Below, piece by piece: positions 1 to 13,829 of a DNA stretch of 64,000 bases (position 1 is its first letter; each line of letters starts with the position of its first letter). The stretch is from contig NC_133912.1 of the NCBI RefSeq assembly GCF_964199755.1, forward strand, positions 318,570 to 382,569. Reading direction: 5' to 3'. The stretch is from Larus michahellis (taxonomy: Eukaryota). The notes below the pieces were generated by a model. The model saw only the letters and a list, made by a program, of their open reading frames with translations. It had not been told where the DNA came from and ran no database searches. A program made the translations under genes and the position numbers.

Positions 1-282
1 CTGGATCTGTGGCCAGACAGACGCCCAGAGCACAGCCTGGACGTGTAAGAGTGTTACCAGTAAGCGCCGCAGCACAACTGTGTCACCCTGAGAAATACCA
101 AATATATGGCAGAAAAGAACAGGTGGAAAACAAAGTTTCTTTACAGGAAACACATGGCCGAAAGCATTTACCGTCTGGAACTGGGCAGAAATATAGTGAA
201 GCGCAATCAAGAGACACGGATGAAATAACTGTAAAGACAAAAGCCTTTCCTGTATTCTTTTGGGAATGAAGGGGAGCAGAAA

Positions 283-374
283 AACACCAAAAAAAAAAGT
301 AATACCAAATCTGATTAATTTGAACAAAAACACCAAAAAAAAAAAAGTAATACTAAATCTGATTAATTTGAACA
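283..374. repeat. Tandem duplication of a roughly 46-bp unit (caccaaaaaaaaaagtaata(c/t)(c/t)aaatctgattaatttgaacaa), two copies, A-rich
   Basis: Direct reading: the unit at 283–327 is repeated almost exactly at 329–374. It lies inside an ACADM intron. Confidence 0.7.
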
Positions 375-1589
375 ATCAAAAAAAAAAAAGTCTATCTAGC
401 CAGGCATTCCTGACGGATCAGCATAATGGAAAATCTAAGTAACTGGGATCCTGTAAAATGAGTTTCAGCTTTCAAATAAAACTTCTAACCCTCCCACCCT
501 CTTTCTCTAGAAACACATGGAACCCCCCAGGAAAAAAAGCCCGATCATAACAAAGTTCAGTTGCTCATTCATTTCCTCGCTTGCAGGAGCGCAATTAGGG
601 CTAAGAACCTTTTGATTCCAAAACAGCAGTTTTCTATCCTAGAACAGAGAAAAATTCGTGGCCAGTAAGAATACTTTTCATTTTAAAGTCAGCTGTAAGA
701 GAAACTTCAACCGCCCAGAATCTCACGGATGGCAGCGGTTACAACCAACATTACAGAGCACAGGCCACATGCATTTCTTGATATCATCTGTTTTTATATG
801 TTTTATCCGGTCACTAGTAATGTCAGAAAGAGGTGAAAAGATACAAAATTACCGGGTTTCCTGAACATAATTAAACTGCATTTGCTGAATAAAGCACTGT
901 AGTTTAGTATTTGCTAAGAGAAGAATTACAACGTGGAATAATTTCTTGGTAATAAAACTGCAGAAAAATATTTGGGGATTATGGGTGACTACAGGCTAAA
1001 CATCAATAACTATGAGCAGATTTTGCTGTTGAGTTTTGTTCGGTTTTTTTTTAAAAAAAAAAAAAGGCGCAGCGCTCTGGGCTGTGCCACGCCTCTGGCT
1101 AATACGTGCAAGATAATTAATCCATGACACGCAGCGCTGGTGATATCTTCACTGAAGTAATCTGCCCGGCTTATGATACCGGAGTTTCAGACAGAAGGGT
1201 TAAAGCACAGCAAGAAGCGATGACGAGAATGTACATAAACCACCTGCACTTACAGAACCCCCCAGCACGCATTGCTGTTTTCATCAGTGTTCCCTGCACT
1301 GTTGTTTCCTAAGGGTCCAAAAGCTTCGGAATGAAGAGTCTAAGAATTTGAATCGAGTCCAAGAATTCTCGAGTCCGAGAATTTCCGAGAGTTACCACAT
1401 CAGAAAAACAAACCCACACCACGAACTTTATTTATCTTGCGTGGGTCAAGTTACTGATCTAACGCAGAGTCTTGCATGAAAGAATTTGCCTGACTTGAAC
1501 GCCCTTTCTTTAAATGGATTATTGCTCTCATCCATGAAACTTCTTTTATATACGTACATCATGATTGCAAGTAAGCAGCCATTAGTTTA

Positions 1590-1916
<327 letters not shown>

Positions 1917-2602
1917 TTAACACCGCCCACTGAAAATTCCACGGCATCCGAGAAGAATACAGTCTTCTCAATTTCTTAGTTTGCAAACTTAACACGCTGG
2001 GGAGATTTGACTTGAGGAGTCGTACCAAATTTGGATCAGGCTCTCATAACTGTATGTTGAACCAGACTTTTAAGTTTTTAATTCTAAAATTCACGTAGTC
2101 ACAGGGATCAAGTACTGAATTATGAAGTTGTGCTTTACTTTTTATGAGATCTGTATTTAGTTTGATGTTTATTGGTATTTCTTTCCGCCTGGTAAGCAGT
2201 GTGACCGGCAATGTATTCTATTAGTGTTAATACCGTTGAGTCTTGTTTCACGTACCTCAAGGAGGTTTTTTCCTCCCCTGAACTTCCCTGTACATTAGCG
2301 TTGAAGAACATAAGTATGGCCTGACAGTCCACGAGTTTCAGGGTTTGGGGAAGAGTTTGCTTTGTGATTTTACATTTTTATCATTATCATTACAATTATC
2401 ATTAATAAGTTATTGAAGAATCCCAGGAGTTACTGCAAAGCTACATTTACTTAGATAGCACTGACCTATGCACTTGAAAACAAGCAATGGCAGAGATAAT
2501 AAATCACACATACTAAATATCAAGGAACGACCTTGAAAATTCACTAGTAGTGCATCTGGTATGAAAACAGAGCTTTTTGATATATTCATTTCCACATATT
2601 TA

Positions 2603-2776
<174 letters not shown>

Positions 2777-2780
2777 TTAC

Positions 2781-2921
2781 GGGTGGTCTGGTCTTATCAA
2801 AAGCTCCCATTGCGATCTTGAAGCCAGCTCCTTCAGCTATTAACACGTTTTCTTTTGGCACTCTTACGTCTTCAAAGACAATACCCCTTGTATCAGAGCA
2901 GCGCTGACCCATGTTCATTTC
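2781..2921 (-). CDS. ACADM: ACADM coding exon 9
   Basis: The translation [47 protein letters not shown] matches human [47 protein letters not shown]. Acceptor is ttttcag|gaa and donor is ccc|gtaagt. The exon is 141 nt. Confidence 0.9.
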
Positions 2922-3329
2922 CTGAAAAGGGAAGTTTACAGACGGGCAACTAAATTACATTCTTCCAAGGTACAACACGTTTTCATTCCTTAGTTTACTC
3001 AAAGCATAAAGAAAGCTCCCCTCTCCCCCCCACTGCCAAACACTAAATTTTTATCTAAAAATCACCATATACACACCAAATACTCGTTCTGCATTTACTG
3101 ATCTGCGTGCCCTTGATTTCTCAAAGCCGGGCAGTTTACTTTCTTCGTTTGTGAAATTAATTCTGTAGCTGTAATCACTTGTTTGTCTTTTTCTAGTTCA
3201 ATTATATCCTTTTGAGATGAGAGAGGAAAAAGTAAAGAACCTAAAACGCAGGCAGTAGTAAAATGCAGCTGTACTACAAACACACAAATAAATAAATGAG
3301 ATGTTCAAGGTTTCTGACTCCCTTCCTAA

Positions 3330-3392
3330 TGTTCAATGTCCAATTTTCCCTGCTACCAAAAATAGTACTTTCTTTTCTTCCTTCCTTCCTTT

Positions 3393-3439
<47 letters not shown>

Positions 3440-3483
3440 CTCTCTTTCTTTCTTTCTTTTTCTTTCTTTCTCTTTCTTTCTTT

Positions 3484-3523
<40 letters not shown>

Positions 3524-3712
3524 TCCTTTCTTTCTTTTTCTTTCTTTCTTTCTTTTCTTTCTTTCTTTCTTTCCTTTCTTCCTTTCTTCCTTTCTTCCTT
3601 CCTTTCTTCCTTTCTTTCCTTTCTTTTCTCTTTCTTTCTTTCTTTCTTTTCTTTCTTTTCTTTCTTTTCTTTTTCTTTCTTTTCTTTTCTTTCTTTCTTT
3701 CCCCCCTCAAAC
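3330..3712. repeat. (CTTT)n / (TTTC)n microsatellite with (CTTCC) variants, about 380 bp
   Basis: Direct reading. It explains the overlapping lysine/arginine-rich and serine/phenylalanine-rich ORFs at 3274–3779, which are artefacts. Confidence 0.95.
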
Positions 3713-4106
3713 AAGAACTCGCCCAGCGTCTCTGAGGCCCGTTCCCTGAGCAGGAGATGCTAACATTAAAGCACGCCATGTTTACGGTCAGTTGTCCACC
3801 TTGCTGCTTACGCTTTCAAGGCTTGCTACTTTACTTTAATTGGCACTTGTCAATTAAGTGGGTGGCAAAGATTCTTTTGCAGCTCTGCAAAGTCATCTTA
3901 CTTTAGACCATCCTGAGTAATTCCTTATCTGAATTAATGTAATTACTAAGTACATCCGTCTCGTGAATAGTTTCTGTGTGCTGTGGAAATGGAGAGATCA
4001 TTCAGCACATGAAAACGTTCGGTGGCTTAACAGGCTTTTTTCTTTGACGGCAATTTGTTGCATTACGGATTTGGAAGCGAATAGTAATTCCTGGCTTGTC
4101 AAATCA

Positions 4107-4256
<150 letters not shown>

Positions 4257-5453
4257 TCAGTTTATCCTCACAATTAACAAGCAGATACTTTTTTAGCTCG
4301 TATGTTAAATATTGTTATGTGTATTTGTGCCATATAATACATCTATCACTAAGTTAACAACCTTTCTTTCTTGGACCTTCCAAAAATAAAGTGAGAGGGA
4401 GTGAGGGAGAGGAAGTGGCAGTGCACCTCTTACCACAAAAGTCAAGATTTAATAAAATTACTTCAGATCAACGTGCAAAGGTTCTGCACCTTTTCCATGT
4501 AACCCAAGTCTTAATAATACGATCAGCTTCACAAATAGTACAAAAGAAACCCATTCACAGCACAGACGTGAAAATTGTTATTTAGGAAATACAGTATTGC
4601 ATACAGAATGTTATGTTATCCTCTTGATTTCAAACATCGTAATTTTATTCTTCTCAGTATAAGCTTTAAGTAAGTCTTTTTCTGTTAGAAGTTAAACAGT
4701 TGTAAATCACATTTATGGTGTTCAGCAAGATGAAAAGATAGCTGGTAGATTCTCTTTGATGGTTCTGCCTTGAACCACGAAATAAATAATGAGAAAATTC
4801 AGCTTTATTCATAAATGTATAAAGCTTTTCCTCTTGAATTCGAAAGAATTTATGTGTTGGGGATTAGCACGATCTTACGTGAGACATGATGACAGAGGTC
4901 GATATTGTAAAGCATGATCCATAGGCACCACAGCAAAATCTGGATTCTTTGACACTTGGAAAATATCTTTCCTTAAGAAAATGAAAGACAAACTCCTGGA
5001 CTGTGGTGTTGCCTATCTTCACTAAAAGTGAGAGGTGTTTCCAGTAGAATCAGAAGCAACTGGTCCGGGTCAGCACACCCACAAAGCAAGGTCGCTGGTA
5101 ACATGAGCCTCTCGAGCAGTTAACTTTGCGAGTTAACTCTTACTGCTGCTGCCCTTTCCTGAAGAGAAAGCGGAATTGATTTTGTTTGATAGCAGCAAAA
5201 TTTGAGAGGCATTTTTGAAGGGAGTCTTGTCATCGCTCAGTTTCCTTTTTAGGTACTGCACAGCACTTGGGACTGCTTTCTCATACCTTGTCCTGACAAA
5301 GTGGTCACTGATTAAAGCGCAGTGCGATGAAACATGACGAGCGTTCGGATTTACAGCAGATCTTTAAAGAAACACCAGCATCTACCTTGGGTGGTGGGGG
5401 GGAACGACACACGTCAGTATAGAACAGAATAACAGAAAGTGGAAGGTGAGTCA

Positions 5454-5597
<144 letters not shown>

Positions 5598-6396
5598 CTA
5601 AAAGAAAACGAATGCAAAATCTGGAAGAATAAAAATTCTCATTTTAAGAAACCACAAATTATTGCAGAATTACGTGCACCAAACTGACCTGCAAAGGTTT
5701 TAAATGAACTGCATGGAGAACACAAAAATATGACAGCAAACAACCCCAACAATTGTCTGAGCAAGAATCCAAACACATTAAGGTTAATTTTCCTCATAAA
5801 TCCATAATAATACTTAAAATTGTCTTTTACTTTAATGATAAACAGGACTGTTCTGTACTTTTCAACAAGTCATCACTTCCTCACGCTTCGCAAACTCTGA
5901 TAGAAAAGCTAAGGATCTCTAAAATCTGAAAATAAGAGCACAGGGTAACATTCTATGCTTACTGTGCGCTCCATTTTATGAGGCTTAGTTGTTCAGATTT
6001 TAACCCATTGCACGTGAATCTTTACTCCTTCCCGTGTAACAAGTACTGCTTAGGTAATTTTTAAGGTTCGTGACTGCAGTTTAACGCCCATCTGAGTCGA
6101 GTGTGTGCTCATATAAGCCTTGCGTTTTTCTTAAACTCCTACACCTTCTCTTGAAAGGGAAATAAAAGGTATTAATTTTCATTAAGTGACTTAGGATGGT
6201 TTTCCAGGTAACATCTTCCATTTGCGTATTGAATATATCTAGTTCAACATTCCTTGTCTTTCAGCAAATACCACTGTTAATTTACAAAATAAACAGGCTA
6301 AGTTGTGAGTAGGTATCAGTGTTTTAAACAAACCAACCAACCAACCTGATTAATACGATTTAAGAACATTCCACAGTGTTCCTAAGCTATACTTAC

Positions 6397-6477
6397 ACAC
6401 ATCATTGGTTCCTCTGTCATTCTTCCTAAGTATTTCTTCTGCTGCTGCTCATTTCCCGCGATGATTACTGGCATTTG
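6397..6477 (-). CDS. ACADM: ACADM coding exon 6
   Basis: The translation [27 protein letters not shown] matches human [27 protein letters not shown]. Acceptor is ctttcag|caa and donor is tgt|gtaagt. The exon is 81 nt. Confidence 0.9.
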
Positions 6478-6559
6478 CTGAAAGAAAACGGACCGTTAAT
6501 CCACCTTTTCAAAGGGCACTGGTTCTAGTTTAGAGGAGGTAAGAAAAGACAGAACTCAC

Positions 6560-6660
6560 CCCGAGGGAGTTCGCCTCGATGGCCGTTTGGACGCCCGTAC
6601 ATCCATAGGCTAACTCTTCTGTAATAAGGCAGGCTTCAAAACTGCCGAGGCCAAGGCCAC
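6560..6660 (-). CDS. ACADM: ACADM coding exon 5
   Basis: The translation (G)[33 protein letters not shown] matches human [34 protein letters not shown]. Acceptor is ctgtag|gt and donor is ggg|gtgagt. The exon is 101 nt. Confidence 0.9.
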
Positions 6661-6689
6661 CTACAGTTGAAATATTTGACTAAATTAGT

Positions 6690-6895
6690 TAAAAGTGGAA
6701 CTTGGGCCCCTGGCCCAGGTTGCCCAGAGAAGCTGTGGCTGCCCCATCTCTGGAGGGGTTCAAGGCCAGGTTGGACGGGGCTTGGAGCAACCTGGGCTGG
6801 TGGGAGGTGTCCCTGCCCAGGGCAGGGGGTGGCACTGGGTGGTGTTTAAGGTCCCATCCGACGCAAACCATTCCCAACCCAACCCAACATACAAA
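6690..6895 (+). mobile_element. CR1 LINE 3'-terminal fragment (ORF2 C-terminus plus 3' UTR), intronic
   Basis: The plus-strand translation ...PRLPREAVAAPSLEGFKARLDGAWSNLGWWEVSLPRAGGG is the conserved CR1 ORF2 C-terminal motif. Confidence 0.85.
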
Positions 6896-9195
6896 ATTTA
6901 TGATTATTTATGATACCATTATGGTATCAGTGATTTACAAAATTTACTTATTAAAAACACATTCCCCCAAGTCCATTTGATTGAGCACGGTGTTCGCTTA
7001 GGCCTTCCCATCCAAGCTTTCTAAATGAAGGTTCATCAGATTAGTAACAGGTGACTTCAGAAGGACAGCTCGCTGCGCCAGGCTGCTTGCCTGTTTGCTG
7101 TGGGCCACGTTGCACTGAACAGCAGGAATGTACCACTGGAATCTTTCAACTACTTTACATCTGAGAATTTTTTTAAGAGTTCTTAAGAAGCAGAGAAAGG
7201 GCCACAGGGGCTCCTGAGCTACCACAGTGCTTAGAAATAAAAACCCAAAGCGTCTGTATCGGTCAGAAAACCAACCCAGTGGTCTGTTTCTGACACAAGC
7301 CAACACTTTGGGAAGTGCATAAAAATACAGTAACACTACAGCAATACTCCCTCAAAATATTTTCCCCAGCCTTCAGGTGACTTCCTCAGCCAAAAGGATC
7401 CTTGGTGTCTTTGTCAGCTAACCCCTGATAGACACTTCTTCTGTGAATTTGCCTGGTCTCTTTTTGAACCTGTGTACAATTTTAGCATCGGTATCATCCA
7501 GGGGTAATGAGTTTCCCAAATTAACCTTGCACTGAGCGTAGAACCATCTCCTTTCGTTTATCCTGAGCCTGCTGCCCTTGTTTGCTGCCTTCTGGTTGTG
7601 CGAAGGGGACAACGAGCCATGGATCCCTCTTCACGCGCTCCATGACACTGGCGTTTCAGGTGTTTCTCACACAGAAGCTGTTCTTTGTCTTTTATCATCT
7701 TTGTCATCCGTTTAGGAACCTTCTCCACTCCCACAACACCCTTTTGGGGTGGAAGGATCAACACATTAAAGAGGCAAGCGCAGTCTGGATTCAAGCAGCA
7801 GCAGAATTATGGCTTCTGCTTTTTTTTTTGTCATTCCCTCCTTAATTTCTGACCTTACAGTTACGCTTTTGACCACTTCTGGGCATCATGCTGACATCTT
7901 CAACAAACTATATATTATAATCCCCAAAATATTTTTATTTTTTTTTTAGAGGTAGTAACTTGTTCAGAAGACACTGTTTTATTTAGGAAGTTTGGATTGC
8001 CTCTTTCCTTTCTTGTGTGCATCATTTTTCCTATTTTGAATTTCCATCTGCCGTTTTAACAGTCACCCCGTTTCACGACCTTCTCCTACAGCTCTTTGCA
8101 CCAGCCTCACCTTTCCTATACCGAATAATTTAGGATCATCAGTAAACTCTGTGGCCTCACTATTGACGTCCTTTTCCAGATTATTTCTAGATATTCCAAA
8201 TAGCACAAGCGCCAACAAGACCGTGCCGCTGATTTTTCCGCTGTGAAACCTGATAATTTTTCAAATTCATTTTGGAAGTTCCAGCATTTTTATACCAAGC
8301 AGGCAGCTCTTGTTCACACACTTATTAGCTACTTCAGAGAACCCCAGCTATTTTTTGTGCCATGACTTCCTTTTACGACAACCCTTTGTTTGTGTGTGCC
8401 CACTCTAGCTGTACTTTACCTTACGTGTTCGTTATTTACACCGTGTATCAGGCTCATTGGTATTTTCCCAGCTCTCCCTCAGGAGAGCCTGTAAATGGTG
8501 TCCAATTTGTCACTTGTAAGTTTTAATTTAATAACGGAGCGATTACACATTGCAATAATCCAGCTATTTCAGCCGTGAGTTTCCCTAGAATTTGTGTTGG
8601 GAGTAAATGTGATCATCACAATTGCTCCTTTCGTGTCTTTGTGCCTTACCCTCGTTAATTAATTTTTTTGATACAGCTATACACTCTGATGAGTCTTAAA
8701 AAAAAAAAATAGGGTCTGCTATGGACATTTCCACAAATTATTTTTCACGCAATACAGATGCAATAAGAAAATGTAAAAACTTTTAGCATATTTTCCCCTG
8801 GTCAGTCACATACCCAAGCACTGCCAAAGCACAGCTGTACCTCACGTCACCGAAACTGGAAAACTGCTGCTGCCTGCGTCAGAGACTAGATCAAAATACG
8901 ACCTTCCAATTTCTCTGCCTCCGCAGCTGAGGCGGTGCACCAGGGGAACATCAGTCAGTTGTAATCGTGGTAGAAAAACTGGTTGTAAGTTACTAAATCG
9001 TGATCTGTCTAATTTGTTGCCGGATTACATCCACCCCTAATAACACTTGTATGTGTCAACCCGCCTACTGATTAAATTTACGGTGCTCAAGCATGCAACT
9101 CTTCCTTTTATACAGAACGCATAATTACACATATAAAAATCCCCCAAGGACTTTTCTTTGTTTCATTTTACAGATTAAAAAGAATGTTTACTTAC

Positions 9196-9265
9196 CACAG
9201 CTTTCTGGTATGTGTGAATTTATAAGACCGAGTTCCCAGGCCCGTTTTATGAGCGGAAGAGGATA
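9196..9265 (-). CDS. ACADM: ACADM coding exon 4
   Basis: The translation [23 protein letters not shown](G) matches human [23 protein letters not shown]. Acceptor is tttcag|tat and donor is tgtg|gtaagt. The exon is 70 nt. Confidence 0.9.
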
Positions 9266-9373
9266 CTGAAATAGAGAGGGAACGTCACTGCCTGATTCAT
9301 CGCAGTTGATGTTTTAAATTTTACACAGGTTAAGATAAAAATCTATTTTTCCTCTACTCTATGGTAAATTTAC

Positions 9374-9471
9374 CTCTCCAGTTTTGTCATATTGTGCAGC
9401 AACAGGAATAATTTCTTCCAAAGCAAATTTACGAGCAGTAGCTTGGAACTCTTTCTGTTCCTCAGTAAGTT
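9374..9471 (-). CDS. ACADM: ACADM coding exon 3. The exact acceptor position is somewhat uncertain.
   Basis: The translation (E)[32 protein letters not shown] matches human [32 protein letters not shown]. Donor is gag|gtaaat and acceptor is atag|aa. The phase fits exons 2 and 4. Confidence 0.85.
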
Positions 9472-10273
9472 CTATTAAAAAAAGAAAAGTAAAAAATAAA
9501 GTCACAAATTCTGTACTCTCTGCCAGTTGTCAGACTGTGAGAAAAGAAAAAAAACCACAACAAGTCTCAGGTCCTTCCAGGACAATCCAAACCGTCAGGA
9601 CCCACCGTCCTGGGCCTCTCCAGAAACCAGAGAAGCTCAGCTTCCTCCTTCGTCTGGAGAAAACCTCCACTCATCTCTAACGAACACGTACAGTGCACTT
9701 AATTACTTCTGACGCAATTATCCACAAAATACTGAAAATGCAGAAGGAAGTACCATGTACCATAAAATGCAGTACCAACAGAAATGAGAAGGTGGCTGTG
9801 CTAATTAAATGAAGGAGACGGAGGCAGATAAATGTTCCTTATTTGACAATTCTGGCTACCCAGTTCCAAACATCTAGCTGCTGACCCACTAAATTCACTT
9901 TTACATACATAATACGCCAAGATGAGGATGAATTCTTTACAGTCAAGTTCAACTAAGGCTACATACAGTTATTTTAACATTTTAAAAGCCAGCATGAGAT
10001 AATTATGCAAAGCTAAGGCAACTTTGGCAATGAAAAAAGCTCAAGACATGTTAGTTTAAAAAGGAAGAAAATCTCATAAATATCACATGCATACCTGGAG
10101 AAAAACGTAATTTTGGTTTGCGAACACTTTTAAAAAAAAGAATAGAAATCTATTCAGAATAAACACCTTCATTGTAAATTCATACCAAATGGCAATACAG
10201 TTGTTTTGTTTTTTTCCTAACACTGCAATTTGTCCTTAAGCGTTGTATTTCTTGTAAAAACTGCAGTACATAC

Positions 10274-10370
10274 CAAAGCTAAAGCCAGCTCCAGGTTTGC
10301 TTATGTGTATGTTTTGAGCAGGTTTACTAGAACGTGCTCTCCATCCGTGGCCTGCAATGGTTCGGAGCAC
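10274..10370 (-). CDS. ACADM: ACADM coding exon 2, encoding the mitochondrial presequence region
   Basis: The translation VLRTIAGHGWRARSSKPAQNIHISKPGAGFSF(E) matches human [30 protein letters not shown]. Acceptor is tttagcag|gtg and donor is tttg|gtatgt. The exon is 97 nt. Confidence 0.85.
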
Positions 10371-11549
10371 CTGCTAAAGGGAAAGAGAAGATGAGATGTA
10401 AGATCTTTGCAGCTCAAGTCTCCTAAAGCCGCTAGCCCGGCTGCAGCACCACTGCAGAATGAAGCATGAAGAACACGGGCAATGACAGGTATCAACACAG
10501 CGAAAAAGAAGTATTTTCAGAGAATACCGAAAACATCTATAAAGCTAAAAGGTGAAGAAATGCAGGAAGACCACTGCTAGGCGTAGAAGCTCTGAATACT
10601 GAAGAGGTAAGTGAGTGTATTAATGGCTCAGGATTGTATTTTCCAGTAGGCAATGTATTACTCATCTGGAGTTTTCCCAAGCCACAACCTTTACGAAGCG
10701 GTACATTGCTTTCTCACCTAAGTTTTACCTTCTTGCCTCAGCTTTCTTACCTAACTGCTACCACCACTACACAGAAAAAACAAAGCAATCAAACAATACC
10801 CACAAACATCTGGAGAGACCTCAGCCCTCCCAACTTTTCATACCTTATTTTATCTGGAAACAGACAAGAAGATAAGGTTGAGGAAAAGCCAGGTAATTGT
10901 AATCGCTTATTTTTTTTTTTTATTAAGGATGACCCAGTCCCATATAACTTTGTCACCAAAAAGTGTTGTCTAAACAAGAAAAAGTCCTGAATTCAATATA
11001 ATGCTAAAGGTGACACCCTACAAGAAAGAAGCTGCCAAATTCACGCTAGAAAACCCAAGTCGATCATGATTTTCGTACCTGAGTGGTGCACAACACTGAC
11101 GGTTACTCTGAAAACACCCGACACTGCCCCCAACAAATGGAAATACGGATTGGAGAGGGGGGTTCATACCTGGAGGTGGCACAAAAGGGTGACAAAGGAC
11201 TGCAGTTCACAACATGTAGGGATCTGGGCAACGACCTGCCCGCTCCGCCAACCTCCCTGTCGTTGGGTGGATTCAGCGACAAGTCCCCAGTGGCCAATGT
11301 CGCCGGTGGCCACGCTCAAAGCCAACTCCTCGCGCGTTACACCAGCTCTGCCACCCTTGGAAATGCGGCCGCGGCGCGATGGTTGGTGGGGGCTGAACTC
11401 CAACCACTGATGCCCAAAGCATCACCCTTGGTCTGTGAGGGACCGGCTGCCGTCAGGTGGAGCTGCCTTTTCTGACCTCCAGCATCACTGTGACGCTTTG
11501 GGAAGTGGCTGCGTCCCACCGGGGGACATGGCAAGGCTGCCCGAGGGAA

Positions 11550-12330
11550 GGAATCTTAGAATCATGGCATTGTCTAGGTTGGAAGGGTCCTTTAAGATCA
11601 TCGAGTCCAACCATCAACCCAACACTGCCAAAACCACCACTAACCCATGTCCCTCACCACCATGTCTGCCCGGGTTTAAATCCCTCCAGGCATGGCGACT
11701 CCACCACGTCCCTGGGCAGTCTCTTCCAATGCTTGATAACCCTTACGGTGGAGAAATTTTCCCCAATATCCAGCCTAAACCTCCCCTGGCGCAACTTGAG
11801 GCCGTTTCCTCTTGTCCCATCGCCTGTTCCTTGGGAGAAGAGACCGACCCCCCTGGCTACCCCCTCCTTTCAGGGAGTTGTAGAGAGTGAGAAGGTCACC
11901 CCTCAGCCTCCTTTTCTCCAGGCTGAACACCCCCAGCTCCCTCAGCTGCTCCTCACCAGACTTGTGCTCCAGACCCCTCACCAGCTCTGTCACCCTTCTC
12001 TGGACACGCTCCAGCACCTCAATGTCTCTCTAGTCGTGAGGGGCCAAAACTGGACACAGCCCTCGAGGTGGGGCCTCACCAGTGCCCAGTACAAGGGGAC
12101 CATCACTGCCCCAGTCCTGCTGGCAACACTATCACTGACACAGGCCAGGATGCTGCTGGCCTTCTTGGCCACCTGGGCACGCTGCTGGCTAATACTCAGC
12201 CGGCTGTTGACCAACACCCCCAGGTCCTTTTCCACTGGGCAGCTCTCCAGCCACTCTGCCCCCGGCCTGAGGCGTTCACGGGGTCGGTGTGACCCAAGTG
12301 CAGGACCCGGCGCTTGGCCGCGTTGAAGGA
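11550..12330 (-). mobile_element. CR1 LINE fragment (reverse-transcriptase C-terminal part plus 3' end)
   Basis: Minus-strand ORFs read ...[51 protein letters not shown], which is CR1 ORF2. The 3'-terminal motif (agaatcatgg...ggttggaagggtcc) sits at about 11560 on the plus strand. Confidence 0.85.
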
Positions 12331-12490
12331 CACAGCTGCTGCCCAAGGGAAGGACATGGCTGCCTGAGGGAAGGATGGACACGGCTGCCCAAGGGAAGGA
12401 TGGACATGGTTGCCCGGGGCAAGGATGGACACAGTTGCCCAAGGGAAGGACACAGCTGCGTGAGGGAAGGAGGGACACAGCTGTCTGAGG
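12330..12490. repeat. Minisatellite with a roughly 25-bp unit, GGAAGGATGGACACGGCTGCC(C/T)(A/G)AG, about 6 copies
   Basis: Direct reading. The same array continues at 13600–13810 on the other side of a CR1 copy. Confidence 0.85.
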
Positions 12491-13600
12491 GAATCGCAGA
12501 ATCACAGAATTGTAGGGGCTGGAAGGGACCTCTGGAGATCATCTAGTCCAACCCCCCTGCTAGAGTAGGGTCACCTAGAGCAGGCTGCACAGGAACCCGT
12601 CCAGGCGGGTTTCGAATGTCTCCAGAGATGGAGACTCCACCACCTCTCTGGGCAGCCTGTGCGAGGGCTCTGCCACCCTCAAAGGAAAGAAGTTCCTCCT
12701 CACGTTTAGGCGGAACTTCCTATGCTCAAGTTTGTGCCCATTACCTCTTGTCCTGTCCCTGGGCACCACTGAAAAGAGCCTGGCCCCATTCTCCTGACAC
12801 CCATCCTTTAAGTATTTATAAGTGTTGATAAGATCCCCCCTCAGCCATATTTTTTCCAGACTGAAGACACCCAAATCCTTCAGCCTTTCTTCATAAGAGA
12901 GATGTTCCAGTCCCCTCAGCATCTTGGTAGCCCTTTGCTGTCCCCTCTCCAGCAGTTCCCTGTCCTCCTTGAACCGGGGAGCCCAGAACTGGACACAGTG
13001 CTCCAGATGCGGCCTCAGCAGGGCAGAGCAGAGGGGGAGGATGACCTCCCTCCACCTGCTGGCCACACTCTTCTTGATGCACCCCAGGATGCCATTGGCC
13101 TTCTTGGCCACAAGGGCACATTGCTGGCTCATTGTCATCCTGTTGTCCACCAGGACTCCCAGGTCTCTTTCCACAGAGCTGCTCTCCAGAAGGTCACCCC
13201 CAACCTGTCCTGGTGCATGGGGTTGTTCCTCCCCAGGTGCAGCACCCGACACTTGCCCTTGTTGAATTTCATAAGGTTTCTCTCCGCCCAACTCTCCAGC
13301 CTGTCGAGGTCTCTCTGGATGGCGGCACAGCCTTCTGGTGTGTCAGCCACCCCCCCCCAGCTTTGTGTCATCGGCAAACTTGCTGAGGGTACCCTCTGTC
13401 CCTTCATCCAGGTCATTGATGAATATATTGAACTGACCCCTGGGGAACACCATTCGCCACTGACCTCCAACTGGACTTTGCGCCCTAATCACGACCCTCT
13501 GAGCTCTGTCTTTCAACCAGTTTTCAATCCACCCCACTGTCCAGTCACCTAACCCACGCTTCCTAAGCTTCCCTGTGAGGATGCTGTGGGAGACCATGTC
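12490..13600 (-). mobile_element. CR1 LINE fragment (reverse-transcriptase C-terminal half plus 3' end)
   Basis: The minus ORF 12575–13291 reads ...[30 protein letters not shown]...[16 protein letters not shown]. The minus ORF 13135–13470 reads ...[23 protein letters not shown]. The 3' motif lies at 12490–12560. Confidence 0.9.
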
Positions 13601-13810
13601 GAAAGAGGGAAGGAGGGACACGGCTGTCTGAGGGAAGGATGGACACGGCTGCCTGAGGGAAGGAAGGAGGGACACGGCTGCCCGGGGTACGGAGGGACAG
13701 ACACGGCTGTCTGAGGGAAGCAAACGGCTGCCCGGGGGAAGGAGAGACGGACGCGGCTGTCTGAGGGAAGGAGGGACGGACACGGCTGCCCGGGGGAAGG
13801 AGGGACGGCT
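13600..13810. repeat. The same 25-bp minisatellite (GGAAGGAGGGACACGGCTGCC...) as at 12330–12490
   Basis: Direct reading. It has the same unit and the same orientation as the block at 12330–12490. Confidence 0.85.
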
Positions 13811-13829
13811 GCCCAGCCGCCCCGTCCCA

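Noticed and set aside
760-1320. Candidate positions for ACADM exon 12 on the minus strand, such as ...FYYQEIIPRCNSSLSKY* after a tttctgcag acceptor near 985, or ...LRKQQCREH* near 1290
   Set aside because: None encodes the invariant YEGT(S/A)QIQR segment. No (g)tNccYtcRta pattern exists in 1–1643, so these are chance ORFs in intron 11.
3274-3779. Overlapping ORFs of about 150 codons encoding poly-KERK and poly-FLS peptides
   Set aside because: They are produced by the (CTTT)n/(GAAA)n microsatellite.
12575-13291. A 238-codon minus-strand ORF and neighbouring ORFs (11990–12505 and 13343–13840) that could be taken as host genes
   Set aside because: Their translations are CR1 ORF2 reverse-transcriptase and C-terminal sequence ([31 protein letters not shown]).
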